This document shows positions 17,083 to 25,508 of a DNA stretch of 31,621 nt, one piece after another. This DNA is from a bacterium (GTDB lineage Bacteria > SZUA-182 > DTGQ01). The notes under the pieces are model-generated. The model saw nothing but the letters and a program-made list of their open reading frames with translations, was not told where the DNA came from and made no database searches. Numbering within the stretch: the stretch's first letter is position 1; every line of letters starts with the position of its first letter. A program made the position numbers and the translations under genes. The DNA lies in assembly GCA_040752695.1 (NCBI GenBank), contig JBFMGO010000005.1:1-31621 (forward strand). The letters run 5' to 3'.

Positions 17083-18369
17083 CTATTTCTTCTTGTGACA
17101 CTGTTCACACAGTGCCTGTGAGCCATCCCATCGCAATGCATGCATAAACTTGGTCCCCATAGGATCGTGACACGTCTGGCATGTAATTGGACTCTTCCGG
17201 TCCCTGGGGTCAATAGCCTTTTCTCCTACAGGGTGGCAGGCATTCTTTTGCCTGGCATGGCATTTTGTACATAATGTGAGAATATCTGTTTTATAGAAAT
17301 TGGGCAGTGAAGAGGAATGGGGATCGTGGCAACTGGTGCAGTTTCCCTTCACAACTTCCGGATGCCGGTAATCCCCTGCGTTCTGCTTTAACCGCGCTGC
17401 TATTCGGGGATGGCAGCTTTCGCAGAGGGCTCTGACATCTTTTCGAGTTAAGTTCTTTCGCTCAGAGGCATGGGGATTATGACAATAGGTGCATTGTGTA
17501 TCCCCGGAAGCCATATGAGTTCTTGATGCGCGTTGGAACTTCTCTTTTTCTTTTTGGTGGCAAGTATAACATAATTTTGCTCCATGAGCAACTAATGTAG
17601 ATTTTTTTTCGTTCTGATGACAACTTTTACACTTTTGCTCCTCATACGGAGTGTGGGTAAAATCATAGATCAGCCCTTTCCTGTTGGACGCGTGCGGGCT
17701 ATGACACAGGGTACAGTCGCTGCCTCGGACATCAAATCCCTGATGAAATTCTGTCAGGTTTTTTTGACCGTGACAGCCAAGGCAAAGAGTACGCAGTGGC
17801 TCAATCAGCAGGAAATCCTCTTTCGAAGCATGAGATACATGACAGGTTTGACACTTTCCCTCCTTAACCGGCTCATGCACCGTGCTCGCCGTATACTTTT
17901 CTTTCGAATGACACTGAAAGCAAAGATTCTGCCCCTTCGCTTTCAACTGGGATCGGTAAGGGGATACATGTGCCTCATGGCAGCCAAGACACCCCCTCCC
18001 CTCCTCCCGAAGGGGCCCGTGCACTTTCAGTCCCTGCCATTTTTCTTTTTGTTCACGGTGACAGCGGTAGCAAAGCCCGGCTCCTTCATCGATCAGAAGA
18101 TGATTGAACCGGGCTGTGTGCGGATTATGGCAGCCTGCGCAATTCTCCTGCCTGACGACCCGATGAACATACCCCGAGGCGCATTTTGTTTTCAGGTCCG
18201 GATGGCATTGGAAGCAATCGACACCTGCGCGCGATTCGGCTGATGGAAAAAGTACGAGAAGCAAAAAGAGCGGAAGAACCACTGAGAAAGAAGCGCTCTT
18301 CCCCCTGCACTTTCCCCTCCACTTTTCCAAGGAGCGTCGATTGTTCCTGCACTGATCATTCTGGCACAT
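17083..18369 (-). CDS. Periplasmic 16-heme cytochrome c with paired-CXXCH repeats (~428 aa)
   Basis: 16 CXXCH arranged as H.P...CxxCHxxH.S...LL...LCxxCH units. Start reassigned to ATG 18369, which has AAGGA upstream, a 14-nt overlap with the preceding gene, and a signal peptide ending SRA|. Confidence 0.9.
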   Translation of the reverse strand: MCQNDQCRNNRRSLEKWRGKCRGKSASFSVVLPLFLLLVLFPSAESRAGVDCFQCHPDLKTKCASGYVHRVVRQENCAGCHNPHTARFNHLLIDEGAGLCYRCHREQKEKWQGLKVHGPLREEGRGCLGCHEAHVSPYRSQLKAKGQNLCFQCHSKEKYTASTVHEPVKEGKCQTCHVSHASKEDFLLIEPLRTLCLGCHGQKNLTEFHQGFDVRGSDCTLCHSPHASNRKGLIYDFTHTPYEEQKCKSCHQNEKKSTLVAHGAKLCYTCHQKEKEKFQRASRTHMASGDTQCTYCHNPHASERKNLTRKDVRALCESCHPRIAARLKQNAGDYRHPEVVKGNCTSCHDPHSSSLPNFYKTDILTLCTKCHARQKNACHPVGEKAIDPRDRKSPITCQTCHDPMGTKFMHALRWDGSQALCEQCHKKK

Positions 18370-20506
18370 TATCTTTGGTCCTTCGATGGCAGATATCACA
18401 CTTTTTCGATTGAAACGGCTCATGAACAACCCTTCGAAATAATCCCCCCTCTTTTGAGGAGTGAGGATCATGGCAATCGAGGCAATGGTTCTTGTCCGGC
18501 CTGATATTCCCATGGGCACGAAGAAAAAGCTTCTCGTCCTGCTTATGACATTCAAGACACATCGAATCCACTCCCGCGGCTAAAACAGATGGATGCGAAG
18601 CCCCGTGCCCGCTGTGACAGGTGAGGCACTTGCCTTTCTGTACCGGAGTGTGGACATGGGCATTGGCCTGCCCGATTTTTTCTTCCATGCTCTTATGGCA
18701 TGGAAAGCACAAGCTGCCGGATTGGCTCAGCAACAGGCGGGAAAGCCTGCTTCCATGGGGATGGTGACACGATAGGCATTGAAAGCTCCTGACCGGGCTG
18801 TGTGTGACTGATGCCGGAGATTTGCCACCTGCCGCCAGGTCGCGGCCCAGCGGCTGATGACATTCACCGCTCAGGCACAAAAGGCCACTATTTTGGATAA
18901 GCATATTCTTGCAGTCACTGGCATGGGGGTTGTGGCACTCCATGCACTGGCCGTTTTTGAAGGGTGAATGCAAGGATGCATCTTCAAGCTGTTTTTGCAA
19001 TGGAAGATGGCACGTCCAGCACAATTCCTGTGCCGGAAAAAGCAATAACTTTTCATGATCCCCTTCATGCGCCGTATGACAGCCCAGACAGTTACCGTTT
19101 TGCACCGGGGTATGGGCATTTACTCTTGTATACTGCTTTTCCTCCTTCATGTGGCACTGATAGCACACCTTGGGAATGGGTTCCTTGAGGAGACCTGAAA
19201 CGGTTGAGGCGTGATTGGCATGGCAGGACAGGCATTCTCCCTTTTGAACCGGGCTGTGAATACTGTAAGAGCCCGGCTGGCTCGCTTCACCGGCCTGGCT
19301 GTCCGGGTCGAGGTCTTTATGGTCACCTTCCGGGTATTTCCCCTCCTCTGACATGCCTTCCTTATGACATTGATAACAAAGGCCGGCCTGTCCCCCTCTT
19401 AACGGCCATTTCACCTGTGCGCTGTGGGGATCATGACAGACGGTGCACTGGCCATTTTTCATGGGCTTATGCACGCTCCTTTGCTCTGTTTCCTTTAGCA
19501 CTTGCAGGTGGCACTGGTAGCAGACCCAAGGCTCGCGATACGATAAAAGCCCTTTGGAATCCGAGGCATGCGGGGCATGACAGGCAAGGCACCTGCCCTC
19601 TTGCACGGCCTTATGAGCATCCTGCCCGATCGCCGTACGGTATTTCTCCCCGTCATGACATTGGTAACACAGTTCACCGGTTTTTTCCTTTTTGAGGCGA
19701 AACGGCTCATTCGCATCTTTCGAAAGATGGCAGAAAGAGCATTTTTTTTCCTGCATCGGCTTATGGATTCTGGCTCGCAGCAAGGATTGCGTGTCAGAAG
19801 AATGCGGGTTGTGGCACTGTGAACAGCGCTTTTCTTTCACCGGATACCCCTGATGTGCTGCAACCAGACGATCATCCGTGGTGCGGTGGCAGGTAAGACA
19901 CAGCCGTTTTTCCTCATCTGCCAGAAGCTCCGGTTTATCCGAAGCATGGGGAAGATGGCACAACTGACAGCCCTTTTCCAATGCCTTATGTTTAAAGGGC
20001 CGGTTAAACGGTTCCTGATCCTGGGCAGGGTCATGACAGCTAAAGCACAATTCCTGCCCTCTTTGCCTGGTCAAATTCGCATTATCAGAAGAGTGAGGAT
20101 CATGGCACACCGTGCATTTTTCCACCGGCTTATGTACCGAAAAAGCTCCCCCCTGGGCAGCGTCTTGTTTTGGCGTCTTGCTTTGAGACACCTGGGCTTG
20201 TATCTTCGGATGACAGCGAAAACAAAGCTCCGGCTTTCCCTGTTCCCAAAGGTGCAAAGTGCCGACAAAGCCATGAGGTTCATGACATCGGCTGCAATCC
20301 TTTTCGCTGACCGGTTTATGCACCGTGAGCTTTTGCAGATAGTCTTGTGCTTTTTGCGTATGGCATTCGACGCAGCGGCTGCTGGCAAATCTGGTCCTTT
20401 TCCTCTGAAGCAGCACACAGGAAGAGAATATCAGGCTACAAAGAAAGAGGATAAGAACCATGAAAGAGGGGCTGATTCCTTCCTTTTGCGTGGGTCTTTT
20501 TATCAT
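18356..20506 (-). CDS. 26-heme cytochrome c lipoprotein (25 CXXCH plus one CX4CH)
   Basis: Lipobox-like FSS|C. Paired-CXXCH repeats throughout. CLSGECH occupies a slot where a CXXCH is expected. Confidence 0.92.
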   Translation of the reverse strand: MIKRPTQKEGISPSFMVLILFLCSLIFSSCVLLQRKRTRFASSRCVECHTQKAQDYLQKLTVHKPVSEKDCSRCHEPHGFVGTLHLWEQGKPELCFRCHPKIQAQVSQSKTPKQDAAQGGAFSVHKPVEKCTVCHDPHSSDNANLTRQRGQELCFSCHDPAQDQEPFNRPFKHKALEKGCQLCHLPHASDKPELLADEEKRLCLTCHRTTDDRLVAAHQGYPVKEKRCSQCHNPHSSDTQSLLRARIHKPMQEKKCSFCHLSKDANEPFRLKKEKTGELCYQCHDGEKYRTAIGQDAHKAVQEGRCLACHAPHASDSKGLLSYREPWVCYQCHLQVLKETEQRSVHKPMKNGQCTVCHDPHSAQVKWPLRGGQAGLCYQCHKEGMSEEGKYPEGDHKDLDPDSQAGEASQPGSYSIHSPVQKGECLSCHANHASTVSGLLKEPIPKVCYQCHMKEEKQYTRVNAHTPVQNGNCLGCHTAHEGDHEKLLLFPAQELCWTCHLPLQKQLEDASLHSPFKNGQCMECHNPHASDCKNMLIQNSGLLCLSGECHQPLGRDLAAGGKSPASVTHSPVRSFQCLSCHHPHGSRLSRLLLSQSGSLCFPCHKSMEEKIGQANAHVHTPVQKGKCLTCHSGHGASHPSVLAAGVDSMCLECHKQDEKLFLRAHGNIRPDKNHCLDCHDPHSSKEGGLFRRVVHEPFQSKKCDICHRRTKDNVPE

Positions 20507-20554
20507 AATGAACCTTGCTTCAAACAGTGAAAGGTGGCTGATAAAACGTCACTA

Positions 20555-22036
20555 TCAAGGCTGATGCCTGGAGGTCAATCCTTGCAGGTATTTTTCATCG
20601 ATAACGATCGTGGATGCTGCCCGGAGGCGCCGGAGCCAGTCCTGGACGAGGGAATGCAGCTTTTGTGCGGCAAGCTCTTTTTCAATGTGCATCTTCACCT
20701 TTTCAAGGGGGATCTTATCACCCCCCTTTTTCTCCTTCACTCTGAAAATCGAATATCCGCTCCCGGTCTTAAAAGGTGGGGTGATCTGCCCCTCTTTCAG
20801 GCCCTGAGCCACGAGCAGGGATCTTAATTCCGGCTGCATCCTTTGGAGCGACACCCATTTTCCTCCTGTCTTTCGATTCACTTCGGGTTGACCTGCCCCC
20901 TGACTGTCAAAAGTCCCGGCTGCCCGGTGCTTGGCCATAAAGGAGAAATCCCCTCCCTGAAGCAATTCCCGGTAATCACGCCAGGCTGAATTGGGGTCTT
21001 TTTCGGCGATTTCTTCCAGATAGACCATAGTCTCATGCAGCAGGAGTGTTGAATTTTCCCGGTAGTAGCGGTCAATCTCTTCGCTCCTTATCTCCACCTT
21101 CGGGGCAAGCACTTTTTGCAGGAAGGTTTGATAGAGCAATTCATCCTCAAAATGCTTAAGCTGCTCTCTGACCTTCTTTCCTGCACCATACCCCTTACGA
21201 TGCGCTTCCTGCCTGAGCAGCCAGTATTCGATCAGGCGTTCGAGTCCTTTTTCGGCATATGTGGATATCTCCTCATCCGGGGCATCTTCTTCTTTGGCCT
21301 CTTTTGTCCTTACGCTTTCCTTTCCAGCGCTTTGCTTTCCAGCCTTCATTCTTGCCCTGATTTCCTCATAGAGGTCCTGTCCCTCGATTTCTTCTCCATT
21401 GACACGGGCGATGGGACCGGAAAGGGTACCAAGGCTCATCGGATCGGACAGATCGAAAATCTCTATGTCGGACCTTGTTTTCAAATCCTCGATATAGGCC
21501 CGGCTCAAAGCATCTTCTTTCCTCATCCTCACTTTTTGCAATTCAAGCCAGTTCATTTCCGATATCCGGGGAGGCCGCCGCCCGTCCTGCCCCTTAAAGT
21601 AAGCGTCTACATCCTTCTGTGTCAGGGATTGGGATGGCTTGACGATTTTTTCCTCTCTCAACGCAGCAAGGCACATCTGTTCGTTTTTATCAGACAATGC
21701 CCTTTGAAACCCTTCCTGCTGATCCAACCCCATTCGCCTCGCTTCCTGAATAATCAGCCTGCGGTCTATCATATCCTGTAAAAAAGAGGCAATATCCAGC
21801 TCTTTTGCCTGAGCCGTAGGTCTATTGTGGAGATGAAACTGCCGCAGTTCCTCCACGAAATCAGCCTGAGTTATGGGAAAGTCATTGACGCGTGCAATAA
21901 CAATACTATTCGGTCGAAGGGAGGATACACAGCCACTCGTTACGATGAGAACACAGAAAGAAAGAAATGCTATTCGATAATAAAAGGCAGAATGCATTCG
22001 ATGGGGCATGCTGACACGGTACTTTTTACAATACAA
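20555..22036 (-). CDS. SurA/PrsA-like foldase lipoprotein with a parvulin-type PPIase domain
   Basis: Lipobox-like TSG|C. Two SurA-N-like segments (IARVNDFPIT...MIDRRLIIQEARRMGLD; IARVNGEEI...LIEYWLLRQEA). Parvulin-like 'GGDFSFMAK...LKEGQITPPFKTGSGYSIFRV'. Exact start uncertain. Confidence 0.88.
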   Translation of the reverse strand: MYCKKYRVSMPHRMHSAFYYRIAFLSFCVLIVTSGCVSSLRPNSIVIARVNDFPITQADFVEELRQFHLHNRPTAQAKELDIASFLQDMIDRRLIIQEARRMGLDQQEGFQRALSDKNEQMCLAALREEKIVKPSQSLTQKDVDAYFKGQDGRRPPRISEMNWLELQKVRMRKEDALSRAYIEDLKTRSDIEIFDLSDPMSLGTLSGPIARVNGEEIEGQDLYEEIRARMKAGKQSAGKESVRTKEAKEEDAPDEEISTYAEKGLERLIEYWLLRQEAHRKGYGAGKKVREQLKHFEDELLYQTFLQKVLAPKVEIRSEEIDRYYRENSTLLLHETMVYLEEIAEKDPNSAWRDYRELLQGGDFSFMAKHRAAGTFDSQGAGQPEVNRKTGGKWVSLQRMQPELRSLLVAQGLKEGQITPPFKTGSGYSIFRVKEKKGGDKIPLEKVKMHIEKELAAQKLHSLVQDWLRRLRAASTIVIDEKYLQGLTSRHQP

Positions 22037-22042
22037 TATGGG

Positions 22043-22612
22043 TTATAGGGTAAAATCTTCAAATATCTTTTTTAACCTGGCGCTCTCGGTTTGCAGTTTT
22101 CTCACCATATGTTCCGAGCAGGCTCCAGGCAGGTCTTTTTGAATCATGGCATCAAGATAGTGGGATGACTCTCTGGCTGCCAAAAGCCGCTCTCGCAAGC
22201 TTGCGCCCATCTGGTTGATCTCTCTGGCCAGATCCTGTAATTCATCGTTCGATCTCAGGCGAAAATCCTCGTGCAGGTTTCCCAGAGCGATGCTCTGGAT
22301 TCTGCGCTCCAGGCGGTAGAGAGGGCCCGCCAGTTTTTGCGGATAAAACAGGGCAACCGTTAAGGCCAGAAAGCCGCCAATGCCTATGGCCAGTAGCGTC
22401 CACGGGATGAGAACCTGTCTCATGTTATGCAGTTGAACATGAAACTGCTTGTAAGTCGTATCGATTTGACGATTACTGTAATGGTAAAAGATTCCTCCGC
22501 TGATCAAAGAGGAGATGACCACAATGAGCAGAATCCATCCTAAAATCCGCAGTTGAAACTGCCTTTTTATACCGAGGTTAAACCATTTTCTCTTTTGGTG
22601 GGAATGCTCCAT
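22043..22612 (-). CDS. Small two-TM membrane protein with a HAMP domain and no output domain (~189 aa)
   Basis: Two TM helices, then HAMP 'AGPLYRLERRIQSIALGNL...LRSNDELQDLAREINQM' and a short coiled coil. Start reassigned to ATG 22612 (SD GAGGAGAGG). Confidence 0.82.
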   Translation of the reverse strand: MEHSHQKRKWFNLGIKRQFQLRILGWILLIVVISSLISGGIFYHYSNRQIDTTYKQFHVQLHNMRQVLIPWTLLAIGIGGFLALTVALFYPQKLAGPLYRLERRIQSIALGNLHEDFRLRSNDELQDLAREINQMGASLRERLLAARESSHYLDAMIQKDLPGACSEHMVRKLQTESARLKKIFEDFTL

Positions 22613-22634
22613 GTCCCTCTCCTCACGCTCACTC

Positions 22635-23480
22635 TTATTTCGGGTTATATATTTCTTTTGGATGGCAGGCCAGGCACAGTTCCTCGCTGACTGCCCTTCG
22701 CCCCAGGTAACTCTTGCTGCTCGCATGGGGGAAGTGGCAGGTAATGCAGAGAAGGAGCCCGTTTTTCCCAGTCGGCAAATCAGCCGTTCTCATCTTTTCC
22801 CTGACTTTCTGGGAAGGCACGACATTCACAGGATGGGACACTCCCAGAGTCTCTTTGAGATGACATTGATAACAGGCGTTGATCCCGATCTCTGCACTCA
22901 GTATCGAATTTTCTGCATGAGCGGTTTTGGCCTCTGCCATCGGATCTTTCGGTTCTTTCCATGAGTTTTGCGTTTCACTCCACTCTAACATGCAATAATC
23001 GGCTGTCTCCGTTTTCCAGGTAACGATGGCGGATGAGGGATCCTGAGTATTCGAGGTGAGCTCTATCTGTGAAAAGCCGCCTGAATCGGGAAATGACATT
23101 ACCGCGCCTCTTATGTCTATATTCCTGGGGGAAAAAGAATAAACCGAAGATACATGCGCTTTATTTTCGGCCACAAGAGTTTTCAAACGAAAATAAAACG
23201 TGTGGTCAAAAGCGAGGGATGGAAAAGTAAATGAATGATCCTGTACTGCCTTGAACTTAAACTGAAACTGATGACACTGATAACATTTTCCCATCCCAAA
23301 AGGACTGTGTACACATGCTGGTAAGTTATCGAAGGCTTTCTCATGGCAAGGCAGGCATTCATTCTTTTTGGAAGAGAATTGCGGAGCCTGGCTGAAAGCA
23401 AGACGGATGAAAGGTGCCATGCAGGCTGCCAGAGCGAGCAGCAGGACACCGAGTTTTCTTTTCTTTGGGTAGTTTGGCAC
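22635..23480 (-). CDS. Pentaheme cytochrome c with hemes split 2+3 around a beta-rich FN3-like insert
   Basis: CLPCH and CYQCH, then ~130 heme-free residues including SAIVTWKTE...MLEW, then CYQCH, CITCH and CLACH. N-terminal signal peptide and GTG start. Confidence 0.85.
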   Translation of the reverse strand: MPNYPKKRKLGVLLLALAACMAPFIRLAFSQAPQFSSKKNECLPCHEKAFDNLPACVHSPFGMGKCYQCHQFQFKFKAVQDHSFTFPSLAFDHTFYFRLKTLVAENKAHVSSVYSFSPRNIDIRGAVMSFPDSGGFSQIELTSNTQDPSSAIVTWKTETADYCMLEWSETQNSWKEPKDPMAEAKTAHAENSILSAEIGINACYQCHLKETLGVSHPVNVVPSQKVREKMRTADLPTGKNGLLLCITCHFPHASSKSYLGRRAVSEELCLACHPKEIYNPK

Positions 23481-23579
23481 GATAGTAACCCGATCCGTAA
23501 TCTGTTTTTTCTCTTTTCAAATGACACTTCAGGTCCTGCCACAAAACCCTTCACGTTTCTCTTTAAATTTACGAAACCT

Positions 23580-24164
23580 TCAAATCCTGCCGCCGAGTTC
23601 CTTCAAAAAATCCCTCGCAACGTTGACGGTGAGCTGAGAGCAAAATCTAATTTCGCCGATATCGAATACTTTCACTGCGTCCCGCCCTGTTCTCGTCTCC
23701 CGCCCGAACCACACAGTCTGTCCGTTTTCACAATCGACGAGCCTGGCAGAAATTTCCACAACCGCAGGCTCTTTCCCGTCCGGGCTCCATTCCCGGTACT
23801 GATTAATGGTTCCGAGAATGACCCCCTCTACTGAAAACCTGTCCACCAACTCCTTTACTACCTCTTTGGTAATCGTTTCGGTGGATTGAACATTATGCTG
23901 CCATAAAAACTCCTGAACATCTCCATATTTTACAACTGAAAATCGCCTCTCATTCGCAATTTCGCTAATAAAGAGATTTGTTACGATAATTTCCGCATCC
24001 AATCGCTCGCTCAGGTTATAAAATGGCAGTACCGCAATCCGTTTGATACGCTGCACTCTTTCCATTTGGAGTACAGCGCTGGCTTTCCCTTTCGGCGATC
24101 CCGTACAGCCGCCCGCTGCTACGATCAGGAAAAGAACAAGGAGGATTCCCCCTATTCGGGTCAT
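23580..24164 (-). CDS. CsgG/PelC/GNA1162-fold lipoprotein
   Basis: Lipobox AGG|C after MTRIGGILLVLFLIVA. 'RIAVLPFYNLS...GVILGTINQY...VEISARLVD..NGQTVW'. Start reassigned to 24164; ATG near 24269 is an alternative. Confidence 0.8.
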   Translation of the reverse strand: MTRIGGILLVLFLIVAAGGCTGSPKGKASAVLQMERVQRIKRIAVLPFYNLSERLDAEIIVTNLFISEIANERRFSVVKYGDVQEFLWQHNVQSTETITKEVVKELVDRFSVEGVILGTINQYREWSPDGKEPAVVEISARLVDCENGQTVWFGRETRTGRDAVKVFDIGEIRFCSQLTVNVARDFLKELGGRI

Positions 24165-24336
24165 CCGGCATCCGTTTCCATTGTCTCCCCTCCAGTCGAA
24201 TCCTCTTTCACTGTCTTCTCTGCCCTCGAATTTTCCGCGATGACCGCTGACGGATTTCCCGTTCATCATCTTCGATAATAACTGACTGTTCGATAGCAAC
24301 TGACTGATGGTCTTCGTTGATGAATAGATCAATTTT

Positions 24337-24906
24337 TTATCTTTCTTTACTTTTCGGCAAAGACCGGAGTAAATCTTCGGCCACACTGTGCATTAATGAT
24401 GACCAGTCTATGTGGATGTCTCTTTGCAGGAGATAGATCTCCTGCTGCCCAACGGCGCAGAAATATTTCGACCACAGAACCGGTGCCGACCCTTTGGTTG
24501 AAATCAGATTGCAGAAAAATGATACCTGTGGCAGCGGCTCTTGTCGAAAGCTATCGATCATTCCCAGTAAAAGAGTCTTGACTCTCAAACGCTTGCCGAT
24601 TTCATTAATCTGTTCAGTGGTGAGAAATCCCGTATGTCTCACCTTAAGTTCAGTCAGGATTTTCTCCACTTGATGTGCAGGGACAATGGAATACTCTTCT
24701 TCAAGCGATTTCGCGATGTCCTCCATTACCTGCTCGCTCGCGCCGAATTTCCCGCTCAGGTTCTCGAAGGGCAGGACAGCAATAATCCCCTCGTTCGCTT
24801 CTCTAGCCGGTGAAGCGGTCGCAACAGGCCGAGTGCCTGGGAAAAGACTTGCCAGGATAATAAAAACGATCAGTAAGGAATGCTTCATACCCTTTTGACT
24901 ACTCAT
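24337..24906 (-). CDS. CsgG/PelC/TolB-N-fold exported protein without a lipobox
   Basis: Signal peptide. 'IAVLPFENLSG...EIGKRLRVKTLLLGMI...VLWS'. Paralogous to both flanking genes. Confidence 0.78.
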   Translation of the reverse strand: MSSQKGMKHSLLIVFIILASLFPGTRPVATASPAREANEGIIAVLPFENLSGKFGASEQVMEDIAKSLEEEYSIVPAHQVEKILTELKVRHTGFLTTEQINEIGKRLRVKTLLLGMIDSFRQEPLPQVSFFCNLISTKGSAPVLWSKYFCAVGQQEIYLLQRDIHIDWSSLMHSVAEDLLRSLPKSKER

Positions 24907-25489
24907 AAACGAGAGTTTTTACTACGAAATTGGTTGCTTTGGCGGCCACATTACTCAATGAGTCCTCACCAATACCAAATATCGTTGGTAATACCCGACG
25001 GCCCATTGTTGTATGACTGACTGACCAGATGATATTCCCTGTCTTTGCATCGAGCATTCGCATGGTGATCGCGATTTCCGGAAAAGATCCTGACATGGTT
25101 CGGTTCATGGAATATTCCTCGACCGTCCCCAGGATCAGACCCTGAACGCCGAGCATCTGGCCGACAACTTTGGCCACATCTCCGGTTACCGCTTCCTGGG
25201 AGGCAACCCCTTGAGTTTCCAGTGCTTTTAAAACCTCCCCCAACTCCGGCACATCGATTACATTCGTTGACAGAAGTGAAGTCACGAATACATCGCGCAC
25301 CTTTTTGTCAGCAAACCGGTCTGAAGTAAGATTTTCGAAAGGAAGTACTGCAACCCGTTTAATGAAACCAAAATTGGTGTTCGGATTAATATAAACCTTT
25401 GGTTTAACCCCACATCCAGCGATACAAAGAATGAAAACTACGACACTGGTGATAATTGAACGGCCCCTTGGCACATTTTTCACAGACAC
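24899..25489 (-). CDS. CsgG/PelC/GNA1162-fold lipoprotein
   Basis: Lipobox IAG|C. 'RVAVLPFENLT...VGQMLGVQGLILGTVEEY...MRMLDAKTGNIIWS'. GTG start with AAGGAGG. Confidence 0.85.
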   Translation of the reverse strand: MSVKNVPRGRSIITSVVVFILCIAGCGVKPKVYINPNTNFGFIKRVAVLPFENLTSDRFADKKVRDVFVTSLLSTNVIDVPELGEVLKALETQGVASQEAVTGDVAKVVGQMLGVQGLILGTVEEYSMNRTMSGSFPEIAITMRMLDAKTGNIIWSVSHTTMGRRVLPTIFGIGEDSLSNVAAKATNFVVKTLVYE

Positions 25490-25508
25490 TGCCTATGCCC
25501 TCCTTACA

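Noticed and set aside
18370..18555. 62-aa N-terminal extension of the 16-heme ORF
   Set aside because: It overlaps the heme-coding 3' end of the 26-heme gene. ATG 18369 has an SD and gives a plausible signal peptide.
24165..24386. Long N-terminal extension of the 268-aa ORF
   Set aside because: Its first 50 nt overlap the upstream gene, and it would place the lipobox ~90 residues from the start.
23580..25489. Pel polysaccharide or curli operon
   Set aside because: No glycosyltransferase, deacetylase or curlin genes are present. The context is entirely cytochromes.
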